This document shows, one piece after another, positions 9,501-15,360 of a DNA stretch of 30,910 nt. Source of the stretch: a virus (lineage: Duplodnaviria; Caudoviricetes). Made by a program: the position numbers and the translations under genes. The notes beneath the pieces were generated by a model. It saw only the letters and a program-made list of their open reading frames with translations, searched no databases and was not told the DNA's origin. Every line of letters starts with the position of its first letter. Position 1 is the first letter of the stretch. The stretch lies in IMG/VR virus record IMGVR_UViG_3300003820_000023, positions 1 to 30,910 of that record. One strand, given 5' to 3'.

Positions 9501-10523
9501 TCACTTTCAGCATTTGCACTGTATGGTTTAGTTGCTGGTGGTCAAAGTTACACATTATTACCAGATGTAGTTATGTTGTCAGCTACAGCGGTCACACCTT
9601 ATACTAATGTTAATACAGTAACCTATGCAGCTGCTTCTGGTGTAACATATACTAATTTTGCTATACAAGCATTAGGTAATAACGGGTTTAATTCTAAATT
9701 ATCTAATACAACACCAACCCCTGGTAACTATTACTTCCAGTCGCCTTATAAGGTATTTGAAATCAGCAGTGATAACAAGCTTGTTAATACGTTTACCTTA
9801 CCAAGTAATACTAATCACATTAGTGTAGCTGGTAACATTCAATCAACTACAAACATAAACAAGATGGTAGTTGATCCTACCGGCTCGTTCTTATACTTCC
9901 TTACAGATAAGTTCATTTACAAATACCTATCTAATGGTATAGCTTTAAATCGTATTTTAGAACCAAACGTTGATAGTATTGGAGACGGTACACCTAATGA
10001 AGAGTTGTTTAAGTCAATGTTTATTGACGATCGGTTAAACATCTTTATTGCTACAAATAAGAGAGTATTCAAATATATTGATATTCCTTATACATTAAAC
10101 CTGTATAGTGCTTCAACAGTAGACCCGTTATTTATACCATTATCTGCAATTAATATTAATTCAGATGAGTTTATTCAAGATTGGGTTTACAACAAGAGCA
10201 TACTACGCCTATTACAAAATCACGAAATACTTTACAAAGCAATACAAGGCAAGTATAACGTTAATCTTGATTACAATGGTAACTTGATTTCACCTGCAAA
10301 CAATAAGGCCGGGTTTGTAGTTGGTGCATTTAGTAGTACTGATATATTAACACCTTATACTATTGATCAAAACTTCTTTATACATAGTAACGAGCTTGTA
10401 ACTTCTGACGTTGTTAATAGAGCTCTAAAAAATATCTACAACATACAACTTGACATACTCAAGTTAGTATCACCTGTAGTTAATAAACAATTCCCATCAC
10501 CAAGTACAAGCAATATACTTTAA
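6585..10523 (+). CDS. Large putative virion/adhesin-like protein: Cys-Tyr N-terminal module, about 3 InlB B-repeat-like domains, Pro/Thr linkers, NHL-like repeat region
   Basis: 1312-aa ORF. B-repeat-like units (e.g. YNVTLTVPGGGGNVSGGGSYHNGDTVNISASPNPGWFFQYW), a PTPT linker, PKD-like YGINWNDG and NHL-like NFNVPTEIKARNELLYVCDSLNSCVKVYN. Confidence 0.75.
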   Translation: MANCLTYQINYVAYGGPGNYAAIYSYTDCNGNVNNVDNEGADSGGTDLICAIEGSLNITVGTLAYTGPSCGTYNPENLTVSFNGTVPGTVNVGDQYQPLASGHSDLGLLNAINVYKNGNIYASYGLGPGNSTTDINNIGNPSSEGSPGTVTWLAQAIDLNGQYTATDGPYTVTVVQPPPPAPPPAPTTTTTTPAPTYNVTLTVPGGGGNVSGGGSYHNGDTVNISASPNPGWFFQYWYNPDNNLQITTSSSYSFTMPGVDLHIAAQFSYNPAPSTFNVHVNTSPYNTGNVTVNGSTSHGGGTFTVIAGSEPYLSIDTGGTGYSFSYWDTDPEVIQNVTGNGTYLYPVNSDVYITAVLTGNAPTTTTSAPTPYYNLTLNVIPYVGVNAVGSGIYAQGSTPSISVDNRVENQNGYYFQFWANANSAPNYVACQNGEVVNPYSRITNVNAMFSDLTLVAVFAAPATTTTTTTTVPPPTPPPPPTPPPPPPATPTPTPTATPTPTVTPTPTVTPTGAPTATPTITPTPTITPTPVPRVLAVYTPWTVALTNTPIWVESIYPISKDVSSYGINWNDGNGTVTYSAQASSENFLLYTYKTSASGFSYYSVNVSNTTPFVQANPRTLPNRFYIKDSLPTYNIDNYFDPTSQTPTLPYQLKDVQVGSNEWAVSDIINTSFTKIYDNFNYLKNISQVLNINNKFTLIEWCAQFAANSYSTGVSNNSAFSWKTPIDGLNNDNSFSNLSAYGVADGIIKDIKSYRFTNNTAPDYYNFIAYSLSGNIPDHIQVRTNDWRNTLVLSAANLGSSLPPFTCLSAIDVINNQLYILDSNTVYKADLFIDSNFSNSSLVSLQQVGGLSGTVSDTNNFNVPTEIKARNELLYVCDSLNSCVKVYNTALSWVKTLYVDTLRAYSAQRIEVNPITNSVYVLGQSFAPVAPVLTNVNLVTAVKSTSAVSVPDVTVYNISWVHDGARLINNNTNSLSAFALYGLVAGGQSYTLLPDVVMLSATAVTPYTNVNTVTYAAASGVTYTNFAIQALGNNGFNSKLSNTTPTPGNYYFQSPYKVFEISSDNKLVNTFTLPSNTNHISVAGNIQSTTNINKMVVDPTGSFLYFLTDKFIYKYLSNGIALNRILEPNVDSIGDGTPNEELFKSMFIDDRLNIFIATNKRVFKYIDIPYTLNLYSASTVDPLFIPLSAININSDEFIQDWVYNKSILRLLQNHEILYKAIQGKYNVNLDYNGNLISPANNKAGFVVGAFSSTDILTPYTIDQNFFIHSNELVTSDVVNRALKNIYNIQLDILKLVSPVVNKQFPSPSTSNIL
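7113..7169 (+). repeat. Low-complexity Pro/Thr coding repeat (PPPPAPPPAPTTTTTTPAP)
   Basis: cca/cct/act/aca codon runs inside the 6585-10523 CDS. Confidence 0.8.
7971..8180 (+). repeat. Low-complexity Thr/Pro coding repeat (T8, PPPT units, TPTPT[A/V/I] units)
   Basis: Translates as TTTTTTTTVPPPTPPPPPTPPPPPPATPTPTPTATPTPTVTPTPTVTPTGAPTATPTITPTPTITPTPVP. Confidence 0.85.
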
Positions 10524-10735
10524 TCGGTAAAACCTTTTAAAAGATCGAATTTAACGCTTTTAGTAGTAGCTTCTAACAAACGCAATACTGTTTGCTCTTC
10601 TGTAGTACTACACTTAAATAGGGCCTGCTTATGAGCATCATACATATTAGCTGCCTGTACACTAATTTCTTTTAATGAAATTTGTTCAGTAGTTATTTCG
10701 TTGTATATGCCAATTACAGCAATGTATTGTTTCAT
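10520..10735 (-). CDS. Hypothetical protein (71 aa)
   Basis: ATG-started ORF filling the gap, convergent with 4-nt overlap, TATAAATA motif upstream. Confidence 0.7.
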   Translation of the reverse strand: MKQYIAVIGIYNEITTEQISLKEISVQAANMYDAHKQALFKCSTTEEQTVLRLLEATTKSVKFDLLKGFTD

Positions 10736-10776
10736 GTATAATGCAAAATATTTATAAAATCCTTCAATAAAACAAG

Positions 10777-10804
10777 TAGAAAATATTTTAATCTATGTTA
10801 TACT
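10777..10804 (+). promoter_or_regulatory. Putative sigma70-like promoter TAGAAA-16-TATACT with extended -10 TG
   Basis: Hexamers at 10777-10782 and 10799-10804, upstream of the 10830 ORF. Confidence 0.45.
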
Positions 10805-10829
10805 CTTAGAGAAGTTAAATTCTTACAAC

Positions 10830-11075
10830 ATGACAACTCAATATGATAATGTTATTGTACGTGACATTCAAACACGTACTCTTGGAGATGAAAGCGTAGA
10901 GCAACGTTTAAACGCTGTTCGCCGTCGTATTAATACAACTAAGTACGAAATTCTTGGTTTTATTAACCGTTCAAGTCAGATCGTTCTTGCACCACGTTTC
11001 TATAATGTTCGTGATGCAAAGGGTCGTTTTGCTAAGGTTTTCAAACAACCTTACAAGGCTAAGAACCATCGCTAA
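10830..11075 (+). CDS. Small basic hypothetical protein with RDAKGRF motif
   Basis: 81-aa ORF with its own promoter and terminator. Arg codons are CGT/CGC only. Confidence 0.8.
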   Translation: MTTQYDNVIVRDIQTRTLGDESVEQRLNAVRRRINTTKYEILGFINRSSQIVLAPRFYNVRDAKGRFAKVFKQPYKAKNHR

Positions 11076-11087
11076 GAGGTCAGCTAC

Positions 11088-11128
11088 AAAGCCCTACGTA
11101 TACTAATAAAATACGTAGGGCTTTTTTT
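11088..11128 (+). terminator. Intrinsic terminator
   Basis: aaagccctacgtat (11088-11101) / atacgtagggcttt (11111-11124) perfect stem running into a T7 tract. Confidence 0.85.
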
Positions 11129-11135
11129 CTACTAT

Positions 11136-11360
11136 ATGGATTATAAGTTTTTAGATATTGCGTTTGAATGTAAAATGGCATCTTTTCAACAGGATGCAGT
11201 TAAGGCCTTGCTTTGTATCGAAAAAGATGTAAAATTAGATAAAGAAACTGTTAATATGTTTGCAAATGATTTTCCTTACAGTTTTAGACAATGGATTTTA
11301 GTAAATAATTATAATACAATATTTTTTGAAAAGCCTCATTATAAGAATACATGCAAATAA
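11136..11360 (+). CDS. Hypothetical protein (74 aa)
   Basis: ATG ORF tightly packed with its neighbours. Confidence 0.6.
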   Translation: MDYKFLDIAFECKMASFQQDAVKALLCIEKDVKLDKETVNMFANDFPYSFRQWILVNNYNTIFFEKPHYKNTCK

Positions 11361-11602
11361 CGATTATTGAAAACGTTAAAGAGCTTACGGCAGCAGAACA
11401 AAAAGCTCTCTACACTGAAGGTGCTGATATTTATACAGGTATATATTACTTGCTTGCAGATGCAGACCTCTTTACCGTACACGGTAAAGACATAGTACCA
11501 GTTGTACCCGCTTTACGGAGCCTATCCAGTACCTCTAACATAAAGTGGGTTATCACCAATTTTCGCGGTAATAAAGTTGCATTTGGTTCAGCTACTGTTT
11601 AA
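11351..11602 (+). CDS. Hypothetical protein (83 aa)
   Basis: ATG ORF with 10-nt overlap with the upstream ORF. Confidence 0.65.
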   Translation: MQITIIENVKELTAAEQKALYTEGADIYTGIYYLLADADLFTVHGKDIVPVVPALRSLSSTSNIKWVITNFRGNKVAFGSATV

Positions 11603-11614
11603 TTATATACTATT

Positions 11615-12256
11615 ATGGAAACATTAGCTCTTTGGAGTCAATATGTATTTAAAGATACATTAAATATAGATAACGAAGAACTAAAAACCCGTTGCTACCG
11701 GTTAAGAGATGAAAACACAAGAAGCAACTCTATAAGTAACGTTGGCGGTTGGCAAAGTAGTAGATTTTATAACACTATAAAAAGAACACCAGGTAATGTA
11801 GATGTTTCAGTACAGGCACCTGTTCTACTCAAGCAACTTGCGGAACAATTAACCCCTATCTTGAGTGATGTTAAAACTCAATATAAAATTAGAAATGATA
11901 TTGAGCTTATACCATCTGAATACTGGATTAATATAAACCCGGAACATGCTTGGAATTATCCGCATACTCATTCAGAGTGTATTTTTTCTGGTACTTATTA
12001 TGTGAATGTACCAGAGAGTGGTGGTGAGCTTATTTTTAGTAATCCTACTCCATCCATTTATAATAAAATTGTTGATATATGTGAATATATGTCTCCTGTA
12101 GTGACAGAAAAATGGGTAATAAAGCCTCGGGCTGGTGATGTTGTAATATTTCCTTCTTGGTTAAGTCATTTCGTATCTCCTAATAGAAGTAAAGAAGATA
12201 GAATATCTATAGCGTTTAATGTTTTGGCTAAATCAAAGAATAAAATAATAAGCTGA
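11615..12256 (+). CDS. 2OG-Fe(II) oxygenase (TIGR02466 / 2OG-FeII_Oxy_5-like)
   Basis: SNVGGWQS, WININ, NYPHTH (HxH), FSGTYYV, GDVVIFPSWLSHFVSPN and RISIAFN. Confidence 0.88.
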   Translation: METLALWSQYVFKDTLNIDNEELKTRCYRLRDENTRSNSISNVGGWQSSRFYNTIKRTPGNVDVSVQAPVLLKQLAEQLTPILSDVKTQYKIRNDIELIPSEYWININPEHAWNYPHTHSECIFSGTYYVNVPESGGELIFSNPTPSIYNKIVDICEYMSPVVTEKWVIKPRAGDVVIFPSWLSHFVSPNRSKEDRISIAFNVLAKSKNKIIS

Positions 12257-12270
12257 TTAATTCTTTAAGC

Positions 12271-12298
12271 TTGCACTGTACTATAAGTTTTACATAAT
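12271..12298 (+). promoter_or_regulatory. Putative promoter TTGCAC-16-CATAAT, near-leaderless
   Basis: Hexamers at 12271-12276 and 12293-12298; ATG at 12306. Confidence 0.55.
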
Positions 12299-12305
12299 AG
12301 GTACT

Positions 12306-12599
12306 ATGAATAAAGCATTCTTACGTAGACAAGCCGCTTCTAAGTGGAAAGACTTACAATGTGGTATCTGGGAACGATGGGATTATCGTTGCTGCTATCT
12401 TGTTATACGCCAGCTTGATAATGGTAAGTTTAAACCAATGATCGGTGCTATGGCTGATTTGAGTATGCCCGGTGCAGATTTACCACCAGAAGGCTACCAT
12501 CAACTTAATACATTAGAAGAAGCTAAAAACTTTTTACACAAATATGTTGCCTATATTCGGGAAGTATGGGATAAACAAGTATTAGCACAACGCAAATAA
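12306..12599 (+). CDS. Hypothetical protein (97 aa)
   Basis: ATG ORF directly after the promoter. Confidence 0.7.
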   Translation: MNKAFLRRQAASKWKDLQCGIWERWDYRCCYLVIRQLDNGKFKPMIGAMADLSMPGADLPPEGYHQLNTLEEAKNFLHKYVAYIREVWDKQVLAQRK

Positions 12600-12603
12600 A
12601 ATT

Positions 12604-12957
12604 ATGACATCACATCAAATAATATACGCAACTTTAACATGGGCTATAACAATAGCAGCATTATACACCTACATAAAATGGAAGCACGTTAAAGAGTGTT
12701 ATAGTATGTGGCTTAAAAAAGAGTACTGGACAGATTATAATACGGTAGAATTTGTTAGTTGGTTAGCGAAAGCAATTATCATTATTCCGGGACTCATTTG
12801 GGGCATTCAAATTTGGCAATTATATTACCTAACTTTAATTACAAGTGGTACTCTAATATGGGCAAGTCGTAAAAAAGCTCTACCTACATTAGCAGGGTTT
12901 AATACTATATGGCTGTGGATTAGCTGTATGGTGATAGCACAGCACTTAATACACTAA
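12604..12957 (+). CDS. Hypothetical membrane protein (3-4 TM)
   Basis: Several hydrophobic, Trp-rich segments. Confidence 0.7.
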   Translation: MTSHQIIYATLTWAITIAALYTYIKWKHVKECYSMWLKKEYWTDYNTVEFVSWLAKAIIIIPGLIWGIQIWQLYYLTLITSGTLIWASRKKALPTLAGFNTIWLWISCMVIAQHLIH

Positions 12958-12963
12958 ACTCAA

Positions 12964-13860
12964 TTATTTTTGATGTTCGTGCTTTATGAATATAGAAGTA
13001 TATTCATGAGGCTTATTGCCTGGGAACCTCTCATCAGGTAGGGTATAAGGTATAAGACCTGTATCTTGTACTACTTTTGGAAACCCTACCTGATCTTGTG
13101 TAGTGTACTTAAGTGTTTGCAGATACCATTTATTTAAAAAGTTTTCCACTTGAGAGCAATTAGTTTTAAATGCAACAAAACACGTGATCCACATCCCGAA
13201 ATGATTACTACCTCCCCACTCACTTGAAAGGTGCCCACCTCTGCCTTCTTTTCTATCGACTTTTTCTACCCAATACTTTTCGTCGTAACCCTGCTCAATG
13301 TACTCGTGGTATTGCCGTATTACATCCTGGTACGGCTGATAATTACCATAATAAAATTTATCCATATACTTTGATACAAATGAGGCAGATGCCTCCCACG
13401 CTAAATGCCCGGCTCTTATTTCATGATGCCAACCAACAATATAATATTTTTCACACAACTGTAACATGTACTCCGCAACATCCGGTTTAGTTATCTCTAT
13501 TGTTCCATCTAACCATATAACCACATCATATTCTTTTAGACGTGGTATATTGTACCATGCTTGTTTGTAGTACTTGGCTAAATTAAAAGGATGATGATTA
13601 CTATTTAAGGGAGAATCAAAACTCGGAGCCCACTTAGTTAATTTTTCTGACTTATTTGTTGAATTTATACCAAACCCATCATCTACTTTACTTGGATGTG
13701 TTTTCCAATAAGGATTAATATCTACTATCCAGCCATTAGCTGGTATATTTGGATTATCGGTAAAGCATATAAAATCTGAATTAACAGTTTGTTTAACAAA
13801 AGGCTTGCATGTCGCTTCAAAATTTCCCATTATAGATGTAATAAAAGCAACTTTACTCAT
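12964..13860 (-). CDS. DUF616 / TOD1-MUCI70-like putative glycosyltransferase
   Basis: AFITSIMGNFE, DFICFTDN, AKYYK, YDVVIWLDG and FLNKWY...TQDQVGFP pattern characteristic of this GT-A-like family. Confidence 0.65.
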   Translation of the reverse strand: MSKVAFITSIMGNFEATCKPFVKQTVNSDFICFTDNPNIPANGWIVDINPYWKTHPSKVDDGFGINSTNKSEKLTKWAPSFDSPLNSNHHPFNLAKYYKQAWYNIPRLKEYDVVIWLDGTIEITKPDVAEYMLQLCEKYYIVGWHHEIRAGHLAWEASASFVSKYMDKFYYGNYQPYQDVIRQYHEYIEQGYDEKYWVEKVDRKEGRGGHLSSEWGGSNHFGMWITCFVAFKTNCSQVENFLNKWYLQTLKYTTQDQVGFPKVVQDTGLIPYTLPDERFPGNKPHEYTSIFIKHEHQK

Positions 13861-13881
13861 TGATCAACTTATTTACCCGAC

Positions 13882-14334
13882 ATGCAGACCTTTCTACCTT
13901 TTGCTAATTTTCGTGAATCCGCTAAAAGTCTTGATATGAAAAGACTTGGCAAGCAGCGCGTTGAAGTATTACAGCTTCTTAACTCTTTTCATAAACCTAA
14001 TTATAAAGGCTGGAAAAACCATCCTTGCCGCGAGATGTGGCGTGGTCATGAGAATGCTTTAGCTGAATATGGTATGACCGTTTGCGAGATATGGAAGGAA
14101 CGAGGTTATAAGGATACATGTTACGAGAAAATAGGTGCATACTACGATAAATCCAAACCTACAACTTATCCCTGGTGGTTAGGTATGTTAGATGTACATT
14201 TAACACATCAATCAATGCTAATACAGAAATATCCGGAGTACTATAAGAAACAATTCCCGGATACACCAGATAACTTAGAGTATATTTGGCCTTCAAATCA
14301 ACTGAATGCATTTCAAACATTAACAAGTAAATAA
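13882..14334 (+). CDS. Pyrimidine dimer DNA glycosylase/endonuclease V-like (MSMEG_6728 family)
   Basis: MQTFLP, LDMKRLGKQRVEVLQ, GWKNHP..MWRGHE, W..RGYKD, PWWLG, HQSML..K and YIWP. Confidence 0.88.
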   Translation: MQTFLPFANFRESAKSLDMKRLGKQRVEVLQLLNSFHKPNYKGWKNHPCREMWRGHENALAEYGMTVCEIWKERGYKDTCYEKIGAYYDKSKPTTYPWWLGMLDVHLTHQSMLIQKYPEYYKKQFPDTPDNLEYIWPSNQLNAFQTLTSK

Positions 14335-14340
14335 TAACGT

Positions 14341-14520
14341 ATGAAAACACTAATCATTATTCTCGTTCTTGCAGCAGCAGGTTTCGTAGCTTATAAGAAA
14401 TTCTTTGCTAAGAAATCCGCTCCAGCAGCTAAATGTGGCTGTGGTAAAACAAAAGATCCTAACGGTAACTGTGACGGATCTCATGCAGCTGCTAATACTG
14501 ACACCGCTCAGCAACAATAA
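14341..14520 (+). CDS. Membrane-anchored CDGSH iron-sulfur microprotein (59 aa; absent from the ORF track)
   Basis: MKTLIIILVLAAAGFVAYKKFFAKKSAPAAKCGCGKTKDPNGNCDGSHAAANTDTAQQQ*: N-terminal TM helix plus CxC...CDGSH (3Cys-1His). Confidence 0.85.
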   Translation: MKTLIIILVLAAAGFVAYKKFFAKKSAPAAKCGCGKTKDPNGNCDGSHAAANTDTAQQQ

Positions 14521-14533
14521 TTAAACATAGTGA

Positions 14534-14561
14534 TTGATCTTAATCAATCAGGCACTATAAT
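14534..14561 (+). promoter_or_regulatory. Putative promoter TTGATC-16-TATAAT overlapping inverted repeat tgattga/tcaatca (14531-14550)
   Basis: Perfect -10 at 14556-14561, preceded by AGGCAC. No substantial + strand ORF follows. Confidence 0.6.
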
Positions 14562-14566
14562 CATTT

Positions 14567-14740
14567 TCGTTATTTAGTAACATTTTGTAGGTTTAATCGC
14601 TTACAATAACAAAGACTCTTCTTCCTGAGCCTGAACCCTGCGCGTTGTTAATGCTCCCGCGCATTAACGTATACCTTCGCGGTGTATCTATAGTAAAATA
14701 CAGGGCTGTAGAGTTTATCATAAAGGCATTTATTTTTTTC
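14567..14740 (+). ncRNA. Candidate structured ncRNA 1 (family unrecognised)
   Basis: GC-richer island with nested stems gactct/agagtt and ccctg/caggg enclosing hairpins gttaatgc/gcattaac and gtatacc/ggtgtat. Promoter upstream, T-tract at 14729-14739. Confidence 0.5.
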
Positions 14741-14768
14741 TTGAACTTTATTAAAAAGGCACTACTAT
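14741..14768 (+). promoter_or_regulatory. Putative promoter TTGAAC-16-TACTAT
   Basis: Same architecture as the 14534 promoter, including AGGCAC immediately before the -10. Confidence 0.55.
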
Positions 14769-14774
14769 AGTATT

Positions 14775-14859
14775 ATCTGGCCTGAAGATAACGTCACAAG
14801 GCTACGACAACTTGTGGGTTGGCTGACCACCGCAATAAAAACGGAGCCACTTATTTTTT
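14775..14859 (+). ncRNA. Candidate structured ncRNA 2 or 5' leader (family unrecognised)
   Basis: tggc/gcca closing stem, hairpin 14790-14820, ccg/cgg hairpin and an alternative pseudoknot fold. T-rich tract at 14851-14859. Confidence 0.45.
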
Positions 14860-14887
14860 AATAAACATATAAAAAAACATATAAACC

Positions 14888-15133
14888 ATGCAAACAGTCG
14901 CTTCAATGCGAGAGTACATTAACGATTACGTACGTAATCATACGTTAGAACAGATAGGTAAGAATATAATTAAAGGGCAGTTCGGTGTGCCTTTTCATTA
15001 TGATGAATACTTAGAGTATAATATAAACTATGTACCTATGAATGAAGAAGAAGCCAGAACTTGGATTATGAGCTTCTTCGAAGATCTTGATACTTCATCA
15101 GTAATAGAGTTATACCATAAAATAGCCGTTTAA
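14888..15133 (+). CDS. Hypothetical protein (81 aa)
   Basis: ATG ORF with A-rich leader. Confidence 0.7.
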   Translation: MQTVASMREYINDYVRNHTLEQIGKNIIKGQFGVPFHYDEYLEYNINYVPMNEEEARTWIMSFFEDLDTSSVIELYHKIAV

Positions 15134-15134
15134 T

Positions 15135-15356
15135 ATGAATTCAAGAATTCAACAGCTCATAGAACTGGGTATCTTTACAGACCCTAATACAGTAAAAAAA
15201 GAAACCACGCGTAACCGTTTTGGTGTAATGGTGTGGGATCATAAAACTGCCGGTACTTGTCAAGTGATGACGGGTGATAGTTTTAAACAAGCAAGTCAGT
15301 ATATGGCACAACCTGGACATCGATCGGGTATACGTAAATATAGTTTTAGAGGATAA
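15135..15356 (+). CDS. Hypothetical protein (73 aa)
   Basis: ATG immediately after the upstream stop; ends 4 nt before the next ATG. Confidence 0.65.
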   Translation: MNSRIQQLIELGIFTDPNTVKKETTRNRFGVMVWDHKTAGTCQVMTGDSFKQASQYMAQPGHRSGIRKYSFRG

Positions 15357-15360
15357 AACC

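Noticed and set aside
14614-14640. Minus-strand GGTTCAGGCTCAGGAAGAAGAG resembling SRP RNA domain IV; plus strand resembling 6S or TPP fragments
   Set aside because: The SRP GNRA-capped stem and AGCAG are missing, and the overall folds of 6S and TPP are not reproduced.
14593-14721. 42-codon minus-strand ORF (MINSTALYFTIDTPRRY...) across ncRNA candidate 1
   Set aside because: No motif or clear promoter. The + strand promoter, G-U-compatible stems and U-tract explain the region better, though the ORF is not formally excluded.
14779-14849. tRNA-sized unit starting GGC and ending CCA
   Set aside because: No 7-bp acceptor stem, no TTC-containing T-loop and no D-loop GG pattern, so it is not a tRNA.
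14782-14849. Hammerhead-like CTGAAGA followed by a stem; twister-like TAA...ATAAAAACGGAG
   Set aside because: There is no GAAA after the stem for a hammerhead, and the twister P1 and loop-4 consensus cannot be formed.
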